Assembly (NCBI GenBank): GCA_963726975.1
Contig: CAVSEK010000004.1
Location: 455,519 to 519,518 of the forward strand
Length of the DNA stretch: 64,000 bases
Reading direction: 5' to 3'
Source of the DNA: an uncultured Actinomycetota bacterium
GTDB taxonomy: Bacteria; Actinomycetota; Actinomycetes; Mycobacteriales; SCTD01
Part shown: piece after piece, positions 9,713 to 18,572 of the stretch
Layout: each line of letters starts with the position of its first letter
Numbering within the stretch: position 1 is the first letter of the stretch
Notes under the pieces: generated by a model
Told to the model about the DNA's origin: nothing
What the model saw: only the letters and a program-made list of their open reading frames with translations
Database searches by the model: none
Made by a program: the position numbers and the translations under genes

Positions 9713-11104
9713 ATGACCCTCGCCCCGCCCCGGGTGCCGCAGACGACCGCGCCGGTCGGGCGCCGCACGCCCCCGTGGTGGCGCGCGTCGTCGCGCGACC
9801 TGGCCGTCGGGAGCCTGGTGCTCGTCGCCGGCCTGTGGCTGCGCGCTGGCGGCGCCGGGGCGCTCGCTGACGGCTGGGCGGCGGCGACGACGAGCGCCGG
9901 CCGGCTGCTCGGGCTGGTCGCGTCGGACCTGCTGCTGCTGCAGGTGCTGCTGATGGCCCGCCTGCCGTTCCTCGAGCGGGCGTGGGGCCAGGACGAGCTC
10001 GCCCGCCTCCACCGGCTCGTCGGCTTCTGGTCCTTCGACCTCGTGCTCGCCCACATCGCGCTCGTCACGCTGGGCTACGCGGGCGCCGACCACGCCAACC
10101 CGGCGGTCGAGCTGTGGCGCCTGGTCCGCGACGAGCCGGGCATGCTGCTGGCGGCCGCGGGCACCCTGCTGCTCGTCCTGGTCGTCGTGACCAGCGTGCG
10201 GCGCGCGCGTCGTCGGCTGCGCTACGAGTCGTGGCACCTGCTGCACCTGTACGCCTACCTCGGCGTCGGACTCGCCCTCCCGCACCAGCTGTGGACCGGC
10301 CAGGACCTCGCCGCGAACGGCCTGGCCACCGCGTACTGGTGGACCGCCTGGGCGTCGACCGCCGCCGCCGTGGTCGTCTGGCGGCTCGGCGTGCCGCTCC
10401 TGCGGACCCTGCGGCACCGCCTCGTCGTCGAGCGCGTCGTCGTCGAGGCTCCCGGCGTCGTCTCGCTGCACCTGCGCGGCCGGCGCCTGGACGAGCTGCG
10501 GGTGCGCGCCGGCCAGTTCTTCACCTTCCGCTTCCTCGACGGCCCGGGCAGCAGCCGCGCCCACCCGTTCTCGCTGTCGGCCGCACCCCGCCCGACGCAG
10601 CTGCGCATCACCGCCAAGGACCTCGGCGACGGCAGCGCCCGGCTGGCCCGCCTGCGGCCCGGCACCCGCGTCGTGGTCGAGGGGCCGTACGGCCGGCTCA
10701 CTGCGGAGCACCGCACGACCCGCGGCGTCCTGCTGCTCGGTGCCGGCATCGGCATCACCCCCCTGCGGGCGCTCGCCGAGGAGATGCCCCAGGAGCCCGG
10801 CGACGTCGTCCTCGTGCACCGGGTGCGGTCGCCCGACGAGGCGGTCTTCGCCGGCGAGCTCGAGCAGCTGGCCCGACGGCGCGGCACCCGGGTGGTGCAC
10901 CTGACCGGCCCGCGGGGTGCCGGCTGGGCGCCGGCCTCGCTGCGCCTGGACGACGTCGCCGCCCTGCGCGCCGTCGTCCCGGACGTCGCCGAGCGCACCG
11001 TCTGGGTCTGCGGCCCGGACGAGTGGACGGCCGCGGCGCTGGCCGCCGCCCGCGCCGCCGGGGTGCCCGAGGAGCGCCTGCACGCTGAGCGCTTCACCTG
11101 GTGA
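9713..11104 (+). CDS. ferric reductase-like (NOX/FRE-type) membrane flavocytochrome with FAD/NAD(P)-binding domain
   Basis: N-terminal multi-TM domain, followed by HPFSLSA, GPYG and LLLGAGIGITP motifs of the FNR-like module. Confidence 0.85.
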   Translation: MTLAPPRVPQTTAPVGRRTPPWWRASSRDLAVGSLVLVAGLWLRAGGAGALADGWAAATTSAGRLLGLVASDLLLLQVLLMARLPFLERAWGQDELARLHRLVGFWSFDLVLAHIALVTLGYAGADHANPAVELWRLVRDEPGMLLAAAGTLLLVLVVVTSVRRARRRLRYESWHLLHLYAYLGVGLALPHQLWTGQDLAANGLATAYWWTAWASTAAAVVVWRLGVPLLRTLRHRLVVERVVVEAPGVVSLHLRGRRLDELRVRAGQFFTFRFLDGPGSSRAHPFSLSAAPRPTQLRITAKDLGDGSARLARLRPGTRVVVEGPYGRLTAEHRTTRGVLLLGAGIGITPLRALAEEMPQEPGDVVLVHRVRSPDEAVFAGELEQLARRRGTRVVHLTGPRGAGWAPASLRLDDVAALRAVVPDVAERTVWVCGPDEWTAAALAAARAAGVPEERLHAERFTW

Positions 11105-11248
11105 CCGACGTGCGACCCGATGCCGGGCCCCGCACCGGTCGCGGGACAGCGCGCCAGCCCCGTTGCGCCTGCGTCGCAACGACTCGCCGCGCCGTGCGTC
11201 CCGGCGCAACGCACCCCACGACCCCCTCCCCCTGCTTGGAGCCCTCCT

Positions 11249-11713
11249 GTGCGCCGCATCGTCCTCGCCCTCCTGACCACCGTCACGGCCGTCGTGCTGC
11301 TCTTCGGCTACCGCACCAGCAGCCCGCCCGCGGCGGTCGCCACCGGCGCCGCCGGGTCGGCGACCACGCCGGCGAGCGGCACCAGCGGCACCAGCGGGTC
11401 GTCCGGCACCAGCTCGTCGTCCGGCTCCTCCGGCGGGTCCACCACCTGGACCGGCTCGGCCGTCAGCACCCGCTGGGGCCCGGTGCAGGTGCAGATCACC
11501 GTCGCGGGCGGGAAGATCACCGCGGCGGACGCGCTCGTCGTGCCGAGCGGCAACCGGCGCGACGTCGAGATCAACGGCTACGCGGTGCCGATCCTCGACA
11601 GCGAGGTCCTGGAGGCCCAGGACGCCGACATCGACGCGGTGTCCGGCGCGACCGTCACCAGCGACGGCTACGTGGCGTCGCTGCAGTCCGCGCTCGACCG
11701 GGCCGGGTGGTGA
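11249..11713 (+). CDS. membrane-anchored FMN-binding domain protein (flavinylation substrate)
   Basis: GTG 11249 follows GGAG. One TM anchor, a Ser/Gly/Thr linker, and an FMN_bind-type C-terminus with the flavinylation motif DAVSGATVTS. Confidence 0.8.
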   Translation: MRRIVLALLTTVTAVVLLFGYRTSSPPAAVATGAAGSATTPASGTSGTSGSSGTSSSSGSSGGSTTWTGSAVSTRWGPVQVQITVAGGKITAADALVVPSGNRRDVEINGYAVPILDSEVLEAQDADIDAVSGATVTSDGYVASLQSALDRAGW

Positions 11714-12483
11714 CCCGCACCTGGGTCGAGACGGTGATGGGGCTCCCGGTGAGCGTGCGGGTGCGGGGCGGCGGGCCCGCCGCCCCGCGCGCCGTCGCGG
11801 CGGTCCTCGGCGACCTGCACCGCGCCGACCGCGTGTTCAGCACCTGGCGCGCCGACAGCGAGGTCGGCCTGCTGCGCGCCGGCGCCCTCGCCCCGGAGCT
11901 CGCCTCCCCGGCCGTACGCGTGGTGCGCGAGCTGTGCGCCCGAGCGCGGCAGGAGACCGGGGGGTGGTTCGACGCGGACCTGCCCGGCGCGGACGGCGTG
12001 CGGCGGTGGGACCCGACGGGCCTGGTCAAGGGCTGGGCGGTCGAGCAGGCCACCGCCGCCCTCGCCGGGCTCGACGGCGTCGACTGGCTGGTCAACGCCG
12101 GCGGCGACGTCGTCGGCCGCGCGACGACCGGGCCGGCCTGGCGGGTCGCCGTCGAGGACCCGCGCGACCGCTCCCGGCTCGTCGCCGTCGTCGCGCTGAC
12201 CGACGGCGCGGTCGCCACCTCCGGCACCGCCGCGCGGGGCGCGCACCTGCTCGACCCGCGCACCGGCCGGCCCGCCGCGCCGGACCTGCTCAGCGCGACC
12301 GTCGTCGGCCCGTCGCTGACGGTGGCCGACGTGCACGCCACCGCGGCGTACGTCCAGGGCCCGGGCTCGCTCGCCCGCATCGCCGGGCTGCCCGGCTACG
12401 AGGCGCTGCTCGTGCACCCGGACGGCTCGCTCACCGGCACGCCCGGGATGCGCGCCCTGCTCGCGGGTGCCCGGGCCGCCTGA
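11707..12483 (+). CDS. apbE: FAD:protein FMN transferase ApbE
   Basis: Overlaps the FMN-bind gene stop. ApbE-like blocks VMGLPVSV, DPTGLVKGWA and LTDGAVATSGT. Confidence 0.85.
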   Translation: MVTRTWVETVMGLPVSVRVRGGGPAAPRAVAAVLGDLHRADRVFSTWRADSEVGLLRAGALAPELASPAVRVVRELCARARQETGGWFDADLPGADGVRRWDPTGLVKGWAVEQATAALAGLDGVDWLVNAGGDVVGRATTGPAWRVAVEDPRDRSRLVAVVALTDGAVATSGTAARGAHLLDPRTGRPAAPDLLSATVVGPSLTVADVHATAAYVQGPGSLARIAGLPGYEALLVHPDGSLTGTPGMRALLAGARAA

Positions 12484-12492
12484 GCGGACCCG

Positions 12493-13953
12493 TCAGGCGG
12501 CGTCGGCGGCGCGGGCCTCGAGCAGGTCGAGCTCCTCGCCCATCCAGGCCACCAGGGCGTCGACGTCCGGCAGCGACGCGCGGTCGCCGAGGATCCCGAC
12601 GTCGAGCATGCCGCGATAGCTCATGACGGTGATGTTGAGTCCCATGCCGTCGCTGATCGCCGAGACCGGGTACGTCGCGAGCAGGCGGGCGCCGGCGCAG
12701 TACAGGTCGAACTGCGGGCCGGGCACGTTGGAGACGACGAGGTTCCAGGACGGGCGGCCCACCTGCGCGCCGAGCGACAGCATGAGCCGGGCGGCCCGGC
12801 TGAACAGCGCCGGCGGGATGAAGTGGTTGACGTCGGTGAGCAGGTCGGCCGGCAGCGCCGCGTGCCGGGTCTTCATGACCGTGAGGTCCTCCGACGTCGC
12901 GCGCAGCCGCTCGACCGGGTCGGCGAGCTCGCTGTGCAGCGGCGCCCCGAGCATGAGGATCCGGTTGCCGTACGTCATCGACTGCTCGGGCGTGCGCACC
13001 GACACCGGCACCTGGGCGACCAGCGGCGTCTCCGGCAGGGCGTCGCGCTCGACGAGCCAGCGCCGCACGGCCCCCGCGCACAGTGCTACGACGACGTCGT
13101 TCACCGTGACGCCGTACGCCGTCTTGACCGCCTTGACCCGGGCGAGCTCGAGCTGGCCGAACGCGAAGGACCGGTGCGGCGACACCCGCCCGCTGAACGG
13201 CGTCGCGGGGGCGGCGAGGCCGGGGCGCACGACCCGGTCGCCGTCGCCGCGCACCCAGCGGTCGGCGCGGGCGGCGAGCCGGCCGACGCTCGCGACCCCG
13301 GGCAGCGCGGCGAGCTGCGACTCGTCGAGGTGGGCGAGCGTGCGCGGCACCGCCGCGACCCGGCGCAGCGGGTGCCGGGCGGCGCCGTACACGCCCCGCG
13401 CCAGCAGCGCGAGGCCGCCGGGGTGCGGGTCGAGCTGCTCGGTCTCGACGGCCGGCACCGGGCCGACGTCCGGCGACAGGTCGAGCAGCATCCCGATGAT
13501 CTCCGCGCCGGAGACCCCGTCGATGAGCGCGTGGTGCACCTTGCTGTAGAGCGCGACGCGGCCCTCGGGCAGCCCGGACACGACGTAGAGCTCCCACAGC
13601 GGCCGCGCGCGGTCCAGCGGGCGCGAGTGCAGCCGGGCGACCTGGGTGGCCAGCTGCGCGTCGCTGCCGGGCGCCGGGAGCGCGATCTCGCGGACGTGGA
13701 AGTCGAGGTCGAGCGCCTCGTCACGCACCCAGTACGGGTAGTCGACCCCCAGCGGCACCGGCGCGAGCCGCCAGGTGAAGGGCGGGATGACCGGCAGCCG
13801 GTCGCGCACGAGGTCGCGGACGGTCTGCGCCGTGAGCGTCCCCGTCGGGCTGGTGCTCGGGTCGTAGACCGCGAGGCTGCCGACGTGGCCGTACTGCCGG
13901 TCGTCCTCGATGGCGAGGAACTGCGCGTCGAGGCTGGTGAGCTGGCGGATCAC
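12493..13953 (-). CDS. wax ester synthase / diacylglycerol acyltransferase (WS/DGAT)
   Basis: Catalytic HHALIDGVSG (HHxxxDG) motif. Length 486 aa and N-terminus MIRQLTSLDAQFL are typical of the family. Confidence 0.92.
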   Translation of the reverse strand: MIRQLTSLDAQFLAIEDDRQYGHVGSLAVYDPSTSPTGTLTAQTVRDLVRDRLPVIPPFTWRLAPVPLGVDYPYWVRDEALDLDFHVREIALPAPGSDAQLATQVARLHSRPLDRARPLWELYVVSGLPEGRVALYSKVHHALIDGVSGAEIIGMLLDLSPDVGPVPAVETEQLDPHPGGLALLARGVYGAARHPLRRVAAVPRTLAHLDESQLAALPGVASVGRLAARADRWVRGDGDRVVRPGLAAPATPFSGRVSPHRSFAFGQLELARVKAVKTAYGVTVNDVVVALCAGAVRRWLVERDALPETPLVAQVPVSVRTPEQSMTYGNRILMLGAPLHSELADPVERLRATSEDLTVMKTRHAALPADLLTDVNHFIPPALFSRAARLMLSLGAQVGRPSWNLVVSNVPGPQFDLYCAGARLLATYPVSAISDGMGLNITVMSYRGMLDVGILGDRASLPDVDALVAWMGEELDLLEARAADAA

Positions 13954-14063
13954 GGCGTCCTTCCCGGGGTCGGTGCCGCGATCCTGCCGCGCCGGGCCGC
14001 CGCGCGGGGCGGTCCGGTGCTCCCGCGCGGTGTGATCTGCGCCCGCCGGGTAGTGCCTGGCGC

Positions 14064-14693
14064 ATGCCGCGCCCGGACTGGCCGACCGCCGCCCCGTACG
14101 TCCCGGACAGCACCGACCTCGACGTGCTGCGCCCGGCGATGGGCGGCTGCCGCGGGTGCCCGCTGTGGGAGCCGGCGACGCAGGTCGTGCCGGGCCGGGG
14201 CAGCGCGGGCGCGCGGCTGATGCTCATCGGTGAGCAGCCGGGCGACGTCGAGGACACCCGAGGCGTGCCCTTCGTCGGTCCGGCCGGGCAGCTGCTGGTG
14301 CGGGCGCTCGACGAGGCGGAGGTCGACCGCTCGGACGTGTACGTGACCAACGCGGTCAAGCACTTCAAGTTCACCGTGCGGGGCAAGCGGCGGATCCACG
14401 CGACGCCGGACACGTGGGAGCAGGCGGCGTGCCGGCCGTGGCTCACGGCCGAGCTCGCGGCCGTACGCCCCGAGCTCGTCGTGCTGCTCGGCGCGACCGC
14501 CGGCAAGGCGGTCTACGGCTCGTCGTTCCGGGTGACGCAGGTGCGCGGCACGGTCCTCGACTGGCCGGAGCCCGACGGGCCGCGCGCCGTGGCGACGGTC
14601 CACCCGTCGGCGGTGCTGCGGGCCGACGACCGCGACGCCGCGCTCGCCGGGCTCGTCGCGGACCTGCGGGTGGTGCGGGAGGCGCTCGGCTAG
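14064..14693 (+). CDS. udgX: UdgX-type family-4-like uracil-DNA glycosylase (covalent uracil-DNA cross-linking type)
   Basis: CRGC Fe-S ligands, motif A GEQPG, NAVKHFKF, the UdgX-specific KRRIH loop, motif B HPSAVLR. Collinear with M. smegmatis UdgX as I remember it. Confidence 0.88.
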   Translation: MPRPDWPTAAPYVPDSTDLDVLRPAMGGCRGCPLWEPATQVVPGRGSAGARLMLIGEQPGDVEDTRGVPFVGPAGQLLVRALDEAEVDRSDVYVTNAVKHFKFTVRGKRRIHATPDTWEQAACRPWLTAELAAVRPELVVLLGATAGKAVYGSSFRVTQVRGTVLDWPEPDGPRAVATVHPSAVLRADDRDAALAGLVADLRVVREALG

Positions 14694-15505
14694 GGACGGC
14701 CCACGGCGCGGACGGTCAGCGCCGACACCCGGCGGGCGGCGGCCGGGGCCACGCGGTCGAGCAGCCACAGCGGGGTGACCTGGTAGCGCGGGGACGCGAT
14801 GACGACCTTCCCGCGCGCGACCCCCTCGAGCGCCTGCCGCGCGACGACGTCGGGCGAGGTGCCGCGCGTGGCGTAGAGCCGCACGGCCTTCGCCTGCCGG
14901 GCCGCGAAGGCCCCGCGCATCGTCGACCTCGCGACGATGTCGGTGTCGATGACACCGGGACAGAGCGCGTGGACGCTCACGGAGGTGCCGCGGAGCTCGA
15001 CCGCGAGACCCTTGGTCAGTCCGACGACGGCGGCCTTGGTCGTGGAGTACGGGACCATGTACGGATTGGGCACCAGACCGGCGACCGAGGCGGTGTGGAC
15101 GACGTGCCCGGGCTCGCCCTGCGCCAGCATCCGCGGCAGGAAGGTCCGCAGGCCGTGCACCACGCCCATGAGGTTGACCTCGACGAGCCGGCGCCAGTCC
15201 TCGAGCGGCGTGTCGACGACCGCGCCCGCGTGACCGATGCCCGCGTTGCTGAACAGCAGGTGCACCGGGCCGGTGACCGCCACGCCGAGGGCCTCGACCG
15301 CCGCCGGGTCGGCCACGTCGACGTCGTGCACCACGGCGCGCTCCCCGAGCTCGTCGGCGACCACCGCGAGCCGGTCCGGGTCGTGGCCGGCGAGGTGCAC
15401 GGTCGCACCCCGGGCGGCCAGCAGCCGGGCGAGCGCCCGGCCGATGCCCGAGCCGGCGCCGGTGACGACGGCCGTACGGCCGGTGAGGTCCTCGAGAGCG
15501 TCCAC
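14690..15505 (-). CDS. SDR-family oxidoreductase
   Basis: TGAGSGIG Rossmann motif, NAG, YSTTKAAV (YxxxK). Start at GTG 15505; the long track N-terminus is artefactual. Confidence 0.88.
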   Translation of the reverse strand: MDALEDLTGRTAVVTGAGSGIGRALARLLAARGATVHLAGHDPDRLAVVADELGERAVVHDVDVADPAAVEALGVAVTGPVHLLFSNAGIGHAGAVVDTPLEDWRRLVEVNLMGVVHGLRTFLPRMLAQGEPGHVVHTASVAGLVPNPYMVPYSTTKAAVVGLTKGLAVELRGTSVSVHALCPGVIDTDIVARSTMRGAFAARQAKAVRLYATRGTSPDVVARQALEGVARGKVVIASPRYQVTPLWLLDRVAPAAARRVSALTVRAVGRP

Positions 15506-15535
15506 GTCCGGACGGTAGCGGCCTAGCCTCGACGC

Positions 15536-16387
15536 GTGGAGGTGCTGGCGGGCGAGGTGCTGGCGGACGAGGTGCTGGCGGACGAGGTGCTGGCGCCGGC
15601 TGTGTGGCGGGCCCGGCAGGCGGCGCACGAGGCGCGGGTCGACGCCTGGACCGGCCCGGTGCTGGCGAGGGCGGCGCGCGGTGAGACGCACCCGGTCGAG
15701 GACTTCCTGTTCACCTACTACGGCCACAGCCCGGCGGCGCTGCGGCGATGGAGCCCGGGAGCCGGCGTGCGCTGCGAGGACGGGCCGCTGGCCGAGGCGC
15801 CCTCCGCCCGGGTGCAGCGGGCCGCGGCCCGGCTGCTGCCGGTGCTCGCGGCGACGGCCTCCCGACCGGCTCAGCTGGGCTGCTTCGGGATGCACGAGTG
15901 GGCGATGGTGCACGGGCTGGCCGAGGGGAGCGCCCGGCACGGGTCCGTGCCGCTGCGGCTCGGCGCCGCGGGCACGACCGCGGTCGTCGAGCGGCTGGGG
16001 GTGCGCTGCACGCACTTCGACGCCTTCCGGTTCTTCACCCCGACCGCGCGGCCGCTCAACGCGCTGCGGCCGACCCGGGAGACCCAGGTCGAGCACGAGC
16101 AGCCGGGATGCCTGCACGCGACGATGGACCTCTACCGCGCGGCGTACCTGCTGTCGCCGCAGGTGCCGTCCGAGCTGGTGGCGGACTGCTTCGACCTCGC
16201 CCGGCGGGTCCGGGTGGTCGACATGCGGGCCTCGCCGTACGACCTGGCCGCGTGGGGGCTGGCACCGCTCGCGGTCGAGACGGCGGCGGGTCGCGCCGAG
16301 TACGTCGCTGCTCAGCGCGGGTTCGCCGCCGAGGCGCAGCCGCTGCGGGCGGAGCTGCTCGACCGGGCGCGGGCCCTCGCCGCCTGA
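15536..16387 (+). CDS. conserved actinobacterial protein of a family often annotated as 3-methyladenine DNA glycosylase (function unproven)
   Basis: Conserved block HPVEDFLFTYY and ...GCFGMHEWAMV. The start is either 15536 or the in-frame GTG 15602 just before WRARQAAHEARVDAW. Confidence 0.6.
   Translation: MEVLAGEVLADEVLADEVLAPAVWRARQAAHEARVDAWTGPVLARAARGETHPVEDFLFTYYGHSPAALRRWSPGAGVRCEDGPLAEAPSARVQRAAARLLPVLAATASRPAQLGCFGMHEWAMVHGLAEGSARHGSVPLRLGAAGTTAVVERLGVRCTHFDAFRFFTPTARPLNALRPTRETQVEHEQPGCLHATMDLYRAAYLLSPQVPSELVADCFDLARRVRVVDMRASPYDLAAWGLAPLAVETAAGRAEYVAAQRGFAAEAQPLRAELLDRARALAA
15539..15595. repeat. 15-bp tandem repeat, about 3.8 copies (GAGGTGCTGGCGGRC)
   Basis: Direct reading: gaggtgctggcgggc / gaggtgctggcggac / gaggtgctggcggac / gaggtgctggcg. 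It lies between the divergent starts 15505 (-) and 15602 (+), or encodes (EVLAD)n if 15536 is the true start. Confidence 0.9.
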
Positions 16388-16753
16388 GTGGTGCGTCAGG
16401 GGGGTGGTTGGGTGCGGCGCAGTCCGGTGGGGCTGGTCCAGGTGGTGGTGCCGTCGGGGTGCTGGGTGGGGCGCCAGCCGGCGTGCTTGAGGCGGTGGTG
16501 GTGGCGGCAGGCGGGGGCGAGGTTGGCGGGGGTGGTCTGGCCGTGGGGGTGGGGGTCGCGGTGGTCCAGGTCGCAGCGGCGGAGGGTGCAGGTGGGGAAG
16601 CGGCAGGTGGGGGTGGCGTAGCGGGCCAGGCGTTGGTGGGCGGCGGTGGGGCGGTAGCTGCTGGTGGGGCCGGGGGGTGTGGGCAGGTCGGTGGTGAGCT
16701 GGCGGAGCAGGTCGGCGGCGGTCGGCAGGCCGGGGGTGCTGGCGGTGGTGCTG

Positions 16754-16805
16754 GCGGTGGTGCTGGCGGTGGTGCTGGCGGTGGTGCTGTGCTGGCGGTG
16801 GTGCT
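16754..16805. repeat. 12-bp tandem repeat, about 4 copies (GGTGCTGGCGGT), encoding (TTAS)n on the minus strand
   Basis: Read directly. Gives STTASTTASTTASTTAS in ORF 16396..17283. Confidence 0.9.
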
Positions 16806-17413
16806 TGGCGGCGCGGCGGAGCCAGGTGGCCAGGGGCAGGGCGGTGGTGTCGACGGCGATGATCTGGCCGTGTTGGTCGCGGCAGAGCCGGCGGACGGTG
16901 ACGTGGCTGAGGCCGAGCGGGAGGCCGTGGGGGTCGGCGAGCAGTTCGGTGAGCAGGTGCGGGTCGGCGGGGTCGTGGCCGGTGATCTGCGGTAGCGGTG
17001 CGGGGTCGGCCAGGCGCTGTCGGGCAGCCCGCAGCGCGGCTCGGCTGCTCGTGGGGCCGGTGCGGCTGGACGGTGGTGGGTCGGGCGGTCCGGGCCCGAG
17101 ACCGGCGTGCAGGTCGACGTCGCCGCTGCTGTCGTCCGAGGCCGGGAGGGCCTCGAGGAGGGACGGCTCGCCGTAGGGCTCATCGGCCAGCTCATCGGCC
17201 AGCTCGTCGTCGAGGTCCACGTCGAGGTCGGTGCTGGTGGTCGGTCCGCCGGCAGGGTCGCCGCTCTCGCGGGAGTGCGGCACGGTCGGTGGCGCCGGGT
17301 CTGGCCGCTCGGCGTGCGGCTCCCGCTGGCCTCGGTGCGGCTGGTCCGGGCGCCGCTCGGACTGCGGCTGGGGTCGCTCCCGCTCGGCCTGTGCGGTCCA
17401 CTCGGCCTTCGGC

Positions 17414-17494
17414 CTGCTCGGCCTGCTCGGCCTGCTCGGCCTGCTCGGCCTGCTCGGCCTGCTCGGCCTGCTCGGCCTGCTCGGCCTGCTCGGC
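17414..17494. repeat. 9-bp tandem repeat, 9 copies (CTGCTCGGC), encoding (AEQ)n on the minus strand
   Basis: Nine perfect units read directly. Gives AEQAEQAEQ... in ORF 17192..19147. Confidence 0.95.
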
Positions 17495-18445
17495 GTGGGG
17501 CTCGGGCGTGCCGCTGAGCAGGGCGAGCAGTTGGGCGGTGAGGGCGGTGCGGAGGTGGACGGGTTCGGCGAGGTCGGGGCCGTGGGGTTGGGGGACGGGG
17601 CGGGTGCTGGTGGTCTGGACCGGGATCTCCAGGTCCAGCTCCAGGGCCAGGCCGGTCTGTGCGGTGGCGCCGAGCAGCGCGGTGAGCAGCGCGTCGACCT
17701 GGCGTTGTCCGTGGCTGCGGTCGTCGTCCGGGCCGGTCGGGCCGGACAGCTGCTCCAGCAGGGTGTGGGCGGCGGTCAGGCTGGTGGCGGGGCCGGTCGC
17801 GGCGAGCTCGGCCAGCCCGTCGGCCAGGGCCTTGAGGCGGACCCCGGTGTCGCGGCGGGTCGCTTCGGCGCGGCGCCGGGCGTAGCCGTCGGGGTCGAGC
17901 CGGATCATCGCCCGGGTGATCGCGGAGCGCAGCCGGCCGGGGGTGTCGGTCCAGCCGGTCAGCTGCCCGTCGGGGTCGCGGCGGCCCAGCAGCCGCTCCA
18001 GGACCAGGTCGACCTGGCGGGGGCCGGTCTGCGGGTCGGTGCCGGGCAGCCGCGCGTCACCCAGCAGCGCGAGGGCGTCGTCGGCGGCCAGGAACGCCGG
18101 GACCGTCAGCAGCCCGCTCTCCAGCAGCTGCACGAGCAGCGGCTGCTCGAGCAGGCGTTCGTGCAGCCCCAGGCGGGCCAGCGCGGTGCGGGGGTGGACC
18201 TGCAGCACCAGCGCCAGCTCGGCCAGCGCCAGGTCCTTCTCGCTGACCCAGTCGATCGGCACCCGCCGGGGTGGGCTGTCGGCGGCAGCGTCCAGGCTCC
18301 GCCGGCCGGCGACCTGCCGGTCGTCGTCGCGGGACACCGCGACGTACAGGTCGTGGACCGCCGACAGCGACGCCAGGAACGCCCGCGCCGCCGCCTGCTC
18401 GGCCGCCAGCAGCACCTGCGTCGCCTTCTGCGACCGCTCGAACCC

Positions 18446-18512
18446 CGGCAGCGCCTCCGGCAGCGCGTCCGGCAGGGCGTCCGGCAGGGCGTCCGGCAGG
18501 CGTCCGGCAGGT
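18446..18512. repeat. 12-bp tandem repeat, about 5 copies, encoding (LPDA/LPEA)n on the minus strand; one unit is 11 nt
   Basis: cagggcgtccgg units are read directly. The unit at about 18497-18507 lacks one base, which coincides with the N-terminal frame hop. Confidence 0.85.
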
Positions 18513-18556
18513 CCTGGCGCGGGCGCGCCGGCTCGTCCCCCCGACCTAGCCTGTCC

Positions 18557-18572
18557 TCGAACACGTGTTCGA
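18557..18572 (-). promoter_or_regulatory. LexA (SOS) box TCGAACACGTGTTCGA
   Basis: Perfect match to the actinobacterial or mycobacterial consensus TCGAAC-N4-GTTCGA. It overlaps the predicted GTG start (18564) of the DUF222-HNH gene. Confidence 0.8.

Larger units (their letters stand above)
16396..18564 (-). pseudogene. DUF222 (REP13E12-like) protein with C-terminal HNH endonuclease; two frame hops (about 18497 and about 17400)
   Basis: C-terminus CRFPTC..CDLDHRDP...NLAPACRHHHRLKH is an HNH motif. The central region is DUF222-like. N-terminus VFEDRLGRG starts at GTG 18564 inside the SOS box. The three frames correspond to track ORFs 18106..18630, 17192..19147 and 16396..17283. Confidence 0.8.

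Noticed and set aside
13954-14063. A possible PafBC/RecA-NDp-type damage promoter (TGTCGGTG-N8-TAnnnT) upstream of udgX, and also upstream of the XPB operon at 39353-39426.
   Set aside because: No acceptable match was found on reading either intergenic region.
16754-18512. Several short direct-repeat arrays that might have been a CRISPR array.
   Set aside because: The units are 9-15 bp and contiguous, with no spacers. They lie in a coding frame, and no cas genes are present.
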